From the NCBI GenBank assembly GCA_000091205.1, contig AP006499.2: 64,000 bases of DNA. One strand, 5' to 3'. This document shows, piece by piece, positions 42,701 through 53,806 of the stretch; positions within the stretch are counted from its first letter, which is position 1, and every line of letters starts with the position of its first letter. The stretch is from Cyanidioschyzon merolae (lineage: Eukaryota). The notes beneath the pieces were generated by a model. The model made no database searches, was not told the DNA's origin, and saw only the letters and a program-made list of their open reading frames with translations. The position numbers were made by a program, and so were the translations under genes.

Positions 42701-42895
42701 ATCTCGATGGGGTGTACCGTTCGCCGCCCATTCATCATCGCAAAAAATAGCGGTGACAGCATGCCCTGATCGCCTTGCGCATTGGAGAACTTTTGAAAAG
42801 GCGTATGGAATTCTTTCGACTCAAGTGTGTCGCACCCGTGCTGCGTGTAATCGAATGCTTTTTGGAATGATTAGAATGCGACCGGTACCCAGACG

Positions 42896-44255
42896 CAATA
42901 TACCGTATAGATCGTAGACGAATTGCCTCTAGGATATATTCTGTACTGCACAGTGCAAAGGAGGACTTCATTGCTCCCTCAGATCAGTCATATTACAATA
43001 CTCAGAAGGCCGAGGAGCACCGAAAGAAACAAAAGTATGCGATCCTTGCGAAATACGGAAAATCGCAAAGCGCGCTTGCTGTCAGTGGTGGAAAACGACC
43101 CGTTGAGCGCGTTACGTAAGGCAAAAGCGACGATCGTAGCTACTGCGGGCGTCCCTGTTTCTCACCAGCTTGTGCGCCAGTTCCTGAAAGCATTAGGATA
43201 CAGTCGCAAGAAAGTGTTCTACTTCAGCCTGCAGTCAACCCCTACCGATATTGCAGCTACGGTGTTCCTGGAATGTCCCGATTGGTATGAGGCACCGCAA
43301 CGTCGCTTTATTATTTCAATCGATGTGACTTCCCTCTGACGAAACGGTCGGAGCGTACATAGGAATTCGTGATGCAGGAAGCCCGTTGTGTGCCCAATCC
43401 ATTTCGAGGAGATCGAGGACATCATCTTTTTCTAGCTACCGTGGTCTGATTTAGCGGCCTCAGTTTCAATCGTAGAAAAGAATCGCGCAACAGCGCAAAG
43501 CCCTCTTTCGAATCACAGAAGACGTTTCACTCGATGTCTGACGATGTCCTTCCACTGGACAGCATGGTAAGCCACCATTCCCATTGCGTTCGAGCCGTTC
43601 CCGCTCCTATCGGGGTACAGCTGCTTTTCATTCCTCCGTTCTGTCCGTGGTTCGACCCCACCAAAGCAGTACTGGCTATCGTGAGACTTGATGCGCGCTC
43701 CACTGGGAGCATCGCTGAATCGCTCAGCACAAGGTGACAAACCAAGGTACTTCGTGTTTCTTATGCAAGTCCTTTTCTTTTTCCGGAAAAGGACTTGCCT
43801 ATGGGCACAGAGTAGTGCGTTCATATGAAGAAATGAAAATTCTATAAGATGAGCCACGGTCTACGCTCCAGAAGGCCGAGATGGAACTAAGCCAGCATAG
43901 CGCTTCTGTGATAGAAACGTACGGCGAGCTGACAGAGCAGCACTTGACACAGAAGGCACGAGTTCGAGGACTCCTTGCACTGACGAATCCAAGCAGTTGC
44001 AAGAAACGCATCGAATTCGTGAACGGGGACTCCAACGTTGCTATCGAAATCAGGAGATAGGCGATGGTGAAGACGAGGCCCGAAGAGCGGATGCAATCCA
44101 TCTTCGTGAAGCACCCTCTAATGCTCGAAGTGTACAGGGATAAACTGAAACCGATAGCAGGCAACCGGTCAAAAAAGGGTGGGAGGCATCTGCAGGTGGA
44201 TATTCATCTACACCACACGGGCGTGAGACATTGTTCGTTTCACTGATCGCTTTGC
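42896..44255 (+). mobile_element. Degenerate Tc1/mariner-like DNA transposon relic, copy B, retaining recognisable transposase motifs
   Basis: The ORF at 42923-43339 has the Tc1 transposase architecture: ...LSVVENDPLSALRKAKATIVATAGVPVSHQLVRQFLKALGYSRKKVFYFSLQSTPTDIAATVFLECPDWYEAPQRRFIISIDVTS, compare Tc1 ...ARKNP..SARQLAAE..VSVTTVRRIL..GRSARRKPF.S..N...RL.FA..H..W....W..VIFSDES. A downstream frame has LLFIPPFCPWFDPTKAV, resembling the catalytic LEWPSQSPDLNPIE region. It is collinear with copy A. Confidence 0.65.
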
Positions 44256-44359
44256 AGATGCGACCAGATCGATACCCGCCTGTATTTTGACGTTGTTTTT
44301 TGTCTTCATAGCTGCGCAAAGCGGTTTTTTTGTTTCTGGGCGAGCAACGTGAACGACAT

Positions 44360-44920
44360 ATGCCGGCAGCTACAAGAAACAAGTCTGGAAAGGCGGGGCC
44401 CGCTAGCAAAGCCGCTGTCGACCTACACCCTGACTCCAAGCCTGAGCACAAGACTAGCAAAGCCAACTCAGGTGACTACCGTGACGTGGTGGTGAAAACT
44501 GACGAAAACCAGGAAACGAGCCTTCGCAAACTAGCTGCAACTGGGCCCATAGTGGTTTTTCTCGTCCCCAAAGCGAACACGCCTGGCTGCAACAGGCAGT
44601 ACGAGTCGTACACACGCAACTACGAGCGGTTTACTGCCCTAGGCGTTCGCTGCTTTGTCCTTAGCAAAGACAAGCCAGAGGCGCTTGCACGCTGGCGGGC
44701 GAAGTATCAGAGTCCAGTCCCTGGACTCTCGGACCCGACACAGAACCTCATTGGAAAACTCAAGGCTCGCAAACCACCCGCGAACACAATTAGATCACAC
44801 TTTATTTTCGCAGAGGGGACCGCGGACAAGCTCGCAGAGGCGATTCCAGTCTCGCCTGACAAGTCATGCGAGATTGCGCTCAAGTCCTTGGAAGAACTCG
44901 GTATAAAGAAGAAAGCCTGA
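44360..44920 (+). CDS. Peroxiredoxin Q / BCP-type thiol peroxidase with a Lys-rich N-terminal extension (Dot5-like)
   Basis: GPIVVFLVPKANTPGCNRQYESYTRNYERF..LGVRCFVLSKDKPEALARWRAKYQSPVPGLSDP is collinear with PrxQ/BCP (VVLYFYPKDDTPGCTKE...F...G..V.GIS.D......F..K...PF.LLSD). The peroxidatic Cys is present in a TPGCN context. The ORF-track start at 44330 is TTG; the first ATG is at 44360. TGA at 44918-44920. Confidence 0.8.
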   Translation: MPAATRNKSGKAGPASKAAVDLHPDSKPEHKTSKANSGDYRDVVVKTDENQETSLRKLAATGPIVVFLVPKANTPGCNRQYESYTRNYERFTALGVRCFVLSKDKPEALARWRAKYQSPVPGLSDPTQNLIGKLKARKPPANTIRSHFIFAEGTADKLAEAIPVSPDKSCEIALKSLEELGIKKKA

Positions 44921-45122
44921 GTTCTTAGACTATGTCCGATGTATTCTGGGCGACTAGCGTGGGCAGATGGTGAAGGCCGCGTTCCGTGCCGTCCATAATG
45001 GGTTCGGCGGTGCTCGTTTCCGTTCGCCATCAGTAATATGCCTCGCTCATTACCAGAAGATGAGCATTTTGTGCTCTGCATGCTCGAGAGACGCTGGGAT
45101 CTGGCGAGACCCCATCACATTC

Positions 45123-45136
45123 AGAGAGAGAGAGAG
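45123..45136. repeat. (AG)7 dinucleotide microsatellite
   Basis: 'agagagagagagag', read directly. Confidence 0.8.
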
Positions 45137-46118
45137 CACTGACCCCGGTCAACCTGCCGATGACTTGGCGGTGAGCGCTTTGGCGCCGGCCTGGAGCGTT
45201 CAATAAACGATGTATCTTTCGCACCGAGTGCTTGTCATGGACACGAGCGAGCGGTATCCTGCAGATCTAGGCCAATGCACCCGTTCATGGTACATGGATG
45301 CACGCACCATCAACGTTGAAACAAATCCACTTCGATGAACCGAGTCAAGTTGCGAATGGAACGATACGCCTGCGTACAGAATACGCCCGAGAAACCGATA
45401 GCTTCCTACTTTCCCGCTCACTCAACTAGTCAGCCGGATGATGCACGCCTTGTTCAGCCGCGTCACGTCCTGCACGTCTGCCGCTTCGACCGGCAAACAG
45501 TACGCGCTGCACGCATCGTCAGCGCTAACAGGTCGCTGCGGTCTGCCAGCTCCAGCCCAGCTCCAGGTGTCACGTGGACGTTCCATGCTGTCAAGATTTT
45601 CAGCTCCAGTTGTCCACACGTCCAGATGCGGAGCCTCCGCACGCTAGAGCTACCGACGATTTCGTTCTGCTGCTCATCGAGAAGGCCCCCCGCGACCCAG
45701 CACACCTCAGAACTACACGTTCCCGTTCATGTGCACAGGATGTGGCAAAAGCGATCAAGCCTTGGTGTCGGTCTACAGCGGTACGAGCACTGACGATGTC
45801 CTAGCACGCTGGCCAAAAGCGTCTGTTGGGTCGTACTCTACCCTCGCGCATGTCTAGCATAGACATACCTTCATGGAGCGAAGAATGACGGCCCTTGGAC
45901 TTCAAAATTCAGCGCACGGCACAAGAGCGAGGCGGGTGCGATCGGCACTGCGGCGACGGAGGCGCTCAGTGGAGGCTTGGTGCCCTCCTGAGCCGTTTCA
46001 CGGCGTGGTGCACTGCAGGACGCGATCTCAGCTTTACAGGGGGACATTAGTGTGTGCTTTCGACGAACGCTGGGGTTCCTTGTGAAAAGCTTACGTGTTT
46101 TTCGAAGCAGTTTAGAGC

Positions 46119-49100
46119 ATGAACCCTGCAAGCAGACCAGGCTCGTTACCGCAGGGCGAGCAGCGCGGTGTCGCTGGTGACGGCACACAGCGGCGAGTGG
46201 CGGTCACGGCGCACGAAGCGGCACCTCTGCCGAGGCCTGGTACGGGTCCATCACCCGCGGACTATGCTACTGCGTCCGCTAGTCGGTATGGGGCAGCGTA
46301 CGAGCAGCAGCGTTTGTCGGAAAGGTCCACGTTTCGGCAGCAACAACAGGCTTCCGCAGAGTCGCACGGTACCGGTAATATGGGGCAGATATCTGAGGCG
46401 CAGCTTGCTCGTAACGTCTCCGATCAAGCTGATCAGGTTACACAGCGGCCGGGGCGCTCCTCTGCCTGGTCGAGTGAGGCTTCCTCGCAAGGTAATGGAA
46501 CGGCATATACAGGTGCAGGGGCGGCTATGGGCGCAGCGCCGCCTCCACCAGGTCGCCAAAGCGTTCTCCCAACGCCACAGCAACCACAGCGGTCGCCTGC
46601 GGGACTGTCATCACGTTCTGGGGCGTATGAGGCAACTGCGCACTCTGAGTCGGCGTCGGCTCTGGGACAAGCGTTGCCCCCACAGAGAATCAGCCCAGAA
46701 CGCACAGCACCACCCGTCAGGGGCAATATGTCGAACACGATGGCATCCGACGCTCTGCATGCATCTGCCGCAGATATCTATGGATCACCGCGTCGTTTTG
46801 ATACACCCAGTGACAACCAGGGGGCAATGACCACTGACCCGAGAGCTGCTGCTTCAGCTCTCGCGTCAAACAGTATACCACGAGCGGGAGTTGCTCAAGG
46901 TCTACAGGCCCGCCCGATGCCGCAGGGCACCGATTCGCTGTCCAGCGATGGCCAGCATTCCGCTGAAGGCGGAAATCCTACGAACAGCGCACATACTGGT
47001 AGAGCTGGCGGGTACGTTCCTGCTCCATTAGGGTCGAGCGCCTATACAGGGCGTGGTGTAACGGCAGCGACACTCGAAGCAGGACAGCACATGGAGCATC
47101 AGCGTCCGATGCTGATATCGGATCAGGGGCGCTCGAACCTGAGCCATCCGAGCGGTGCACCAGGCGATGCGAGATACACCCCACAGGCTGCTACATCCCA
47201 GTGGGCGACAACTGGCTACGGAGTCGCCGACTCGATTGCTTTCGGTTCCAATCATGGCGATAGCGCAACAGCTACGGCTGTGCAGCATCCATCGGGGATT
47301 CGTACCGGACCGGATACGGCAAGGGGCATGCCCTCTGCACAACCGGTACCTGGTTACCGTGCCGCAGCACCTACTGTACCGCACCTTCATCCATCGATGG
47401 ATGCGTCGATGATGAATGGCGCATCGCCGGTCGCAACTGCTACCAGTGCCGGACATGGAACCGCGGCGGGCAACCAGTATACAGAAGTTAGCCAGCGCAA
47501 TACGGTACCGTTTTCGTCTCAAGCACCGGCTGTAATGCCTCGAGCACCGCCAGGTGGACCCTCTGGAGGAATCACCACCACAGTGTCGCCTCCAGGCCAG
47601 AATCGTGTCCCGTCATTTTCGAATCCGTTGTCGATGGGTACGTCGCTTTCTGCTGGCGCCAATGCGCTGGGATCTACCACGAGATCAACCATCTCATCCG
47701 GATATAGCCCCGTCGGATATGCTAACCGACCTGTACCTGGCGTTTTGATGCCCAGTCCTGGAGATGGACCCCCGACTGCGGGGCAGTTCGCTCCAGCAAT
47801 GGCGTCTGTGGGTCCAGCGTACGCCCGGCAGGGCAATTCTGCTGTTTCATACCAAGCAGTTCCGGGAAACGTGCCGTATCCGATGCAACCCATTCCTGGT
47901 AGTGGCGGTGCGGGGCCGCAAATGGCGGGTCCTCCAGTACCTGGTTCCTATGCGAACTTGCCAACCGGTATGTCGACTGCGCCCGGAGCGCCATACTACG
48001 GGCCACCTGGCGGAATGGTAAGCGCACCTGTTCAAGCGATTCCAGCGCCAGCAGCAGCAGCAGCGACTCCGAGTACCGACTTTGCATCGCTACCACGCCC
48101 CGCACTGGATCCCGACTCTGTCATGTATCGAGTATGGTTCGGTGATGCTTTGCAGCGGGACCTCCTGTGGCCGCAGCAGGTTCTTGCTGGCGACCGTTCC
48201 GCCCATGGAGGCGGATATAATCCGGGAGCTGCGGGTGCTGGGATGCCTTTCGAACCTCAGATTAACTTTTGTGCCTTTGATCCAACCTGGTGCTGCCCGA
48301 TTGAGCTCTTCAGACCCTGCCACCCGTCGCGGATGCGCATGAGCGTCAACTTCTTCCCAAACAGTGCTGCTACTCGCAGCAAGACTGGACTACCATTGGC
48401 TGCGATTGTACGCCCTCTGGCACCACCACTGAGTGACGATCCTCTTGATCAGGTGCCTGTGGTGAACTTTGGAACAAACGGTATTGTGCGTTGTCGTCGT
48501 TGTCGAACGTACATCAATTTCGGTGTAACATTTACGGACGGTGGTCGACGTTGGCGCTGCAATATCTGCCAACTGCTCAACGACGTTCCACCCGAGTACT
48601 ATTCTCCCTTGGACGCAAATGGAAAGCGGCATGATATTGCTGAGCGGGCAGAGCTGTGCTCCGCCTCCGTCGAGTTTGTCGCACCGAGCGAGTATATGAT
48701 TCGGCCTCCACAACCACCGGTTTACGTCTTTGTTTTAGATGTTTCGTATGGAAGTATCATTTCGGGGGCGTTTATTACGTTTGTAGAGACGATTCGTAGC
48801 AGTCTGGATCTGCTTCCACAGGATGGTCGCACACGTGTCGCCGTGCTCACGTTTGACACCCAGTTGACGTATTGTGTGCTGCCGCCGGGCCAACAGGGTG
48901 AACCTCGTTTCCTGGTGACACCCGATGTCGACGATGTGTTTCTACCGACGCCTGAGGATGTGCTTGCGTCGCTGGATGAGTCGCGGCCGGCTTTATTGAG
49001 ATTGCTCGACAAACTGCAGACCATCTACGATCCGGCAACGCTGCAGAGTACGGCAACCTTGACGGGGAATGCGCTCACAAATGGAAGCGCCTTGGGCAGT

Positions 49101-50582
49101 GCAGTGATGGGCGCATATTATATCATGCAGCACTGGGGTGGCAAAATGGTTGTCCTTGGTGCGTCGCGTCCAACGATGGGCATCGCAAAACTCAAGGATC
49201 GTGACGACGCCTACGCGCTCTTTACAGACCGAGAGGCTCGGCTGCTGTCGCCTGAAGAGGGCCAATACAAACGCCTAGCGGTCGACTTTGTCCGAGCACA
49301 GGTCAGTGTTGATCTGTTTCTGACGCCACCCAGCGGTACCTACGTAGACGTGGCGAGCCTCGGCTGCCTCTCAAAGTACACTGGAGGCGAGCTTCTCTAC
49401 ATTAGTGGCTTTGAAGCGACGCGCGATGGTGCTCGTCTAGCGCGAGCGCTCCGCCGCAACCTCTCCCGCGAGACCGGGTTCGAGGCGGTATTCCGACTCC
49501 GCGCAAGCAACGGTGTCCGTTGTTCGCGTTTCCATGGGCGCTTCTTCACCCGAAGCTCCGACCTTTTAGCGCAACCGAATGTCGATTCCGACAAAACCTA
49601 TGTGGTGGAGCTGAGTTTCGACGAGGCACAGCTGTCAAGTCGCTATCTCTGTGCACAAAGCGCCCTTTTGTACACAACAAGCCGTGGGGAGCGACGAATC
49701 CGGGTGCATACAATCGTTGCACCGGTAACATCCATTGTGAACGAGCTCTATCGCAGTGCCGATGTGAACGCGGTTGTGAACCTCCTGGCGCGCTCGCTCT
49801 TCGAACACTGCACCATGAAGAAGGCGGACGCTGTTCGTCGGCTTATAGTTGACCAAATTGTTGACATCTTGGCCAAGTATCGTCAGTTGCTATCGAGCCC
49901 TGGCAATGTGACGAGTTCACAGCTCGTGCTGCCCGACGCCTTGCGCTGCATGCCTCTTTACGCGCTGGGCATTATTCGCAGCGTGCTGTTGAGTCGCGAC
50001 GCAGCTACAGCGATGGTACTTCGACTCGACTGCAAAGCGGCACTTTTACAGGCGATTGACAACGGCAGTATTGGCACGCTCATGGCGTTTGCGTACCCCA
50101 ACTGCATTCGCCTTGAGGACGGCACTGGTGTACACGCTTCGGCTGCTGCTCTGTCTGGTATGGTGCTCATCGACGCGGGCTTTGAGATTTTTATTTGGAT
50201 TGCACAGGATGTGCCGCCACCGCTGCTCGTTTCGCTCCTTGGTCCAGAGATTACGAGTTTATTCCTGGCACAACCGCCTCCAGCACATGTACCCAGCCCG
50301 AAAGCGCTCGGTGAAGAGGTACTGCGGTTGCCGTACCACGAGCCGAACGACCGTGGGCATGAAATGCGCCGTCGCATTCACGCTGTTCTGGAAGCGCGCT
50401 GGGACGCACAGCCGGTTGTTTCTCTGGTTCGACAGGGCACACCAGCAGAAGCCCGAGTCCTAACGCTGATGACTGAGGATCGAACCTCCTCGGAGATGGG
50501 CTATCTCGAATTTCTCGCGGCCATTCAGCGGCAATTGCAACAGCGTGTGGTTGGCTCGAACGCTGCCGCCGGGCGTTCGTAA
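46119..50582 (+). CDS. SEC24: COPII coat subunit Sec24, with a ~780-aa Pro/Gly/Ser/Ala/Gln-rich N-terminal region
   Basis: The Sec23/24 zinc finger is NGIVRCRRCRTYINFGVTFTDGGRRWRCNICQLLNDVPPEYY. It is followed by trunk, beta-barrel, helical and gelsolin-like regions (VYVFVLDVS.., MVVLGASRPTMGI.., etc.). The long low-complexity N-terminus is typical of Sec24 but unusually extended here. ATG at 46119, TAA at 50580-50582. Confidence 0.9.
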   Translation: MNPASRPGSLPQGEQRGVAGDGTQRRVAVTAHEAAPLPRPGTGPSPADYATASASRYGAAYEQQRLSERSTFRQQQQASAESHGTGNMGQISEAQLARNVSDQADQVTQRPGRSSAWSSEASSQGNGTAYTGAGAAMGAAPPPPGRQSVLPTPQQPQRSPAGLSSRSGAYEATAHSESASALGQALPPQRISPERTAPPVRGNMSNTMASDALHASAADIYGSPRRFDTPSDNQGAMTTDPRAAASALASNSIPRAGVAQGLQARPMPQGTDSLSSDGQHSAEGGNPTNSAHTGRAGGYVPAPLGSSAYTGRGVTAATLEAGQHMEHQRPMLISDQGRSNLSHPSGAPGDARYTPQAATSQWATTGYGVADSIAFGSNHGDSATATAVQHPSGIRTGPDTARGMPSAQPVPGYRAAAPTVPHLHPSMDASMMNGASPVATATSAGHGTAAGNQYTEVSQRNTVPFSSQAPAVMPRAPPGGPSGGITTTVSPPGQNRVPSFSNPLSMGTSLSAGANALGSTTRSTISSGYSPVGYANRPVPGVLMPSPGDGPPTAGQFAPAMASVGPAYARQGNSAVSYQAVPGNVPYPMQPIPGSGGAGPQMAGPPVPGSYANLPTGMSTAPGAPYYGPPGGMVSAPVQAIPAPAAAAATPSTDFASLPRPALDPDSVMYRVWFGDALQRDLLWPQQVLAGDRSAHGGGYNPGAAGAGMPFEPQINFCAFDPTWCCPIELFRPCHPSRMRMSVNFFPNSAATRSKTGLPLAAIVRPLAPPLSDDPLDQVPVVNFGTNGIVRCRRCRTYINFGVTFTDGGRRWRCNICQLLNDVPPEYYSPLDANGKRHDIAERAELCSASVEFVAPSEYMIRPPQPPVYVFVLDVSYGSIISGAFITFVETIRSSLDLLPQDGRTRVAVLTFDTQLTYCVLPPGQQGEPRFLVTPDVDDVFLPTPEDVLASLDESRPALLRLLDKLQTIYDPATLQSTATLTGNALTNGSALGSAVMGAYYIMQHWGGKMVVLGASRPTMGIAKLKDRDDAYALFTDREARLLSPEEGQYKRLAVDFVRAQVSVDLFLTPPSGTYVDVASLGCLSKYTGGELLYISGFEATRDGARLARALRRNLSRETGFEAVFRLRASNGVRCSRFHGRFFTRSSDLLAQPNVDSDKTYVVELSFDEAQLSSRYLCAQSALLYTTSRGERRIRVHTIVAPVTSIVNELYRSADVNAVVNLLARSLFEHCTMKKADAVRRLIVDQIVDILAKYRQLLSSPGNVTSSQLVLPDALRCMPLYALGIIRSVLLSRDAATAMVLRLDCKAALLQAIDNGSIGTLMAFAYPNCIRLEDGTGVHASAAALSGMVLIDAGFEIFIWIAQDVPPPLLVSLLGPEITSLFLAQPPPAHVPSPKALGEEVLRLPYHEPNDRGHEMRRRIHAVLEARWDAQPVVSLVRQGTPAEARVLTLMTEDRTSSEMGYLEFLAAIQRQLQQRVVGSNAAAGRS

Positions 50583-52456
50583 GCTACGACGGATGTCAAA
50601 ATTTGCGGGTACCTTGGTTTGCAGTCTGTTCGAGACAGACAGGTAGGTAGACAGACACACAGACAGATACACGAACACCGTATTGCACAGAGAGCGCATG
50701 TCTGATTGCACGAGTTGCCTCTGAATGTGCACATCGAGCCCAGGCGAAACTTCTCCGGCTTGGCGGAGGCCGCATGAGCATTTCCGCGCGTGCTTGGCCA
50801 CTGTGCATTGCCAACGGCGCATACAGAATAAAGTATTTTCAGAGCTTTGGTCTGGGCTCTTTTTGTTCTCGATTCGTAGGCTTCTCGTCCAGTGATGCGA
50901 GATTCCCCTTTGTCATGATACCGACCGTATGGATGCCGCACTGAACCCGATGTGGTAAGGGTACATCAGCAGGGTGCGCTATCGAGCAGTGCGCTTTTGC
51001 TGCGCCCCTCGGCAGAGCTGCTTTAGTATTCGATCCTCACCGCTTGCGAGGAAAGGCCAGTAGAGAAGCAGCATGCCGAGCGTTCGGAGTACGTTTTTAT
51101 CGCGGCTTCTCGTTGTTGCCGCTGGGAGTATCACTGCGACGATATTCGGAGGCTCTGTCTTTTGCGGATCTCGACGAATACCCTCTGGGCAGGAGTTTGT
51201 ACCGCAGTATGGAACGAGATAGGAGGTTTCACGTGCTTCAAACAACACGACCATCTGCGACAAAGCGTTCCACGGACTCCTTAGTCTAGGACGCTGGGCT
51301 CCGGCTGCTGAGCACGCATTGTACGCGGTGCGTGCCTGAATGCTATGATCTGTCGCAGGGCCTGCTGCTTCGTCGAGCGCCACATGCTCGTGCCGTCGAG
51401 TACGCGCTGGCCTTAAGATTCTTGCGGCGGCGAACTTGGCTGCACCACTGGAGCTCTATCCATCGCGTGGACCAGAGGATTCAGCGGCTTTGACGGATCG
51501 GTGCGAGGTTTCTCGTACCCGTGTCCGTAGATCATTTTGGGAGACTCTCTACTGATCACCAAAGATCAGACGCAACCACTGCCAGGTTCATTGAACAACA
51601 GACGCTTTTCGAGCCAGCGGCGTATTCAAAGAAGCCCCTGTGCAGCGCGACACGCGGTTGAAGTAGGGCTTCCAGGGAACGGAAACTCTGGGTGTTGCTG
51701 GCACTACGCGTTTGTGCCTCTGCACGACATGGAGCACAACAAGGCGACTTGAGCCTCGAACAGATAATAATAACAGAAAATAAAGAGGCCCTATGATTTC
51801 ACTCCTTGCGGTGGATACGCCTGGAATGTGAGATCCGGTGCCATCGCTTCCGTGTGGGTTCATTCAAAAAAAGTGGTTCTTCCAGACAAGTCGCAAACGC
51901 AGGCCATGTTAACGTAGCTGTTGGATGTCCCCGAAAGGAGCTGGAGCGCTCATACCAATTCACGACGAAAACCCAATGCTCGGCTGATTCCGCGATCATC
52001 GGAGGAGACACAGGGTCACACAAGCCGATTTCGCCCGCGAGTGCCACTTTTCCCAAAAAGACCAGCCAATACGACTAGGACCAGGGGGCAAGCAGAAGAA
52101 ACCATCTCCAGCACAAACAACGAGCGCTTTTGTCATCATTCCCAGCAGTGCATACTTTTCGCACGTCACGCAGAAGATTCCTCGCTACTGGAGAAAAAAA
52201 CGTATCATGGGGTGCCCGTTCGCAAATTAGTACACCGCTTGCTGTACCCCAGATGTGCTCGTGCCCATCGGCTTGCAAAAAAATATGCGCATAAGCAAAC
52301 AAATGCGTACAACCTGAAAGTCCTGTCCTGGACACAAAAACCAACAAACACAGAGGTCAACAGGCGCGGCACCATTGCCACGCGAGAATAGTCCCACGAG
52401 CAACTGCGCTGCGGTGGTTCTTGCACCAAGTCCGAGCTGAGTCGGTCTTGCGAGCA

Positions 52457-52900
52457 TTACTCAGCTGCAGCTTGCTTTCCATCTTCCTGCACAGCGGCCG
52501 AGACAGGAGTGCTGCTAGCGTCGGCGAGCGACCTGTTTGGTGCTGCGGAAATACTTCCGAAACGTGTTCGAGGCGGGATCAACTCTGCAAGAAAGTGCAG
52601 TGCCTCGATCTCCTGCACGGTTTTGCTGAAGTCATTATAGTTCAGCCTCTTCACACGACCGCGGGTTCTAGATGTAGCTTCGCGATAAGTCTCCTCCAGG
52701 AAGTACTCGAGAAAGAGTTCTGTAGCACGGGCGATTGCCGTGACGGCGTCTTCACGCACGGTAGACACCTCGCTGTCGTACTTGATGATTTTTCGCACAC
52801 GGGAAAGCGGCAAGATCAACGACTCGGAAGCATCATGTTCTACCAGCTTATCCACGTCATTCTCGTCAGTGACGGGTGTCGGCGGGCGCTCCTGATCCAT
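52457..52900 (-). CDS. Histone-fold protein of the CHRAC1 / DNA polymerase epsilon subunit (POLE4/Dpb3)-like family
   Basis: LPLSRVRKIIKYDSEVSTVREDAVTAIARATELFLEYFLEETY resembles CHRAC1 LPLSRIRVIMKSSPEVSSINQEALVLTAKATELFVQ. The ORF-track start at 52936 is TTG; the first ATG is at 52900. TAA at 52457-52459. Confidence 0.75.
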   Translation of the reverse strand: MDQERPPTPVTDENDVDKLVEHDASESLILPLSRVRKIIKYDSEVSTVREDAVTAIARATELFLEYFLEETYREATSRTRGRVKRLNYNDFSKTVQEIEALHFLAELIPPRTRFGSISAAPNRSLADASSTPVSAAVQEDGKQAAAE

Positions 52901-53806
52901 AGTGCCCTCCACAACCCAGGAGCATGGGTGGAGCAAAATTAAGCGACACTGCGAAGCAGCTCTGGCGCCATCGCAGACGCACTGTCAGGCTCGGCGAAGC
53001 GATCGTGGGCCAATGTGGGCGGGATCACGGCATGCATTTGCAACAGTAAGCACGGAGCGGCACAAGTGTCCCGAACGCACCGTCTGAAGTAAGAGACAAC
53101 CGTCATATGCACTCGCACGGACATATACAAGCAAGTCTGGCACTTGCATCGTACACGGGCTCCCTGCGTGCGATTTGCGCAATAGCCTCAGCTATGGTAA
53201 AACCCCTATGATGCTCGAGCGTGGCTTCCCGGGCGACCTACTGTCATGCACCTCTGTCGATGCGCTGTGCGCGACCGCACGAGACGATGTTATGAGCGTG
53301 CCCGAAGAGCATGGAGTGTACCGAGCACCCGCGCGTCATCGAGACTTACTCCGTGGGCCCGTCACAGTCTCTCAAGAAATGCACCGAAGAACACCAATAC
53401 TATTTTGAATGATGTGTCACAGGGATCGCTGCAAGACGGCAGGCACGGACACGTCGTTGCACGCATGCAGGCACGCATGCATGCATTCCGAAAACGTGTC
53501 CGCGATTTGGCGCTTCTTCGCGCATCGTTCTTCGCAGGGATGATCCTTATTGCAGCTCGTTTAGGCACACACACAAAAGCTAGAACGAAGCAAAGGGCTT
53601 CAGTTGTGCATTGCTGTGCATTGAAGCTGTTATTCGCTAGAGAACGTCGAACTGCCGGGCCGCCTGTATCCACAGTGCCGCGAAAGCGCGCAGCGCCTGC
53701 CGCGTCGTGCGCTGCTGGTCCCGAAATCCGCCGGAGTGGGTCGCTGCGAGGACCGCCCAGCGTCCGTTGGCGGTCTAGCGAACGTAGACGAGCCCACGGA
53801 GCAGAC

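Noticed and set aside
52421-52942. 173-aa plus-strand ORF overlapping the histone-fold gene
   Set aside because: It is antisense to a CDS with clear CHRAC1/POLE4 homology. It has no recognisable motifs.
53246-53806. 187-codon N-terminal extension of the TM9SF ORF (MHLCRCAVRDRTRR...)
   Set aside because: It is Arg-rich with no TM9SF homology. The internal Met at 53807 immediately precedes a textbook signal peptide and the conserved FYIPGVAP start of the family.
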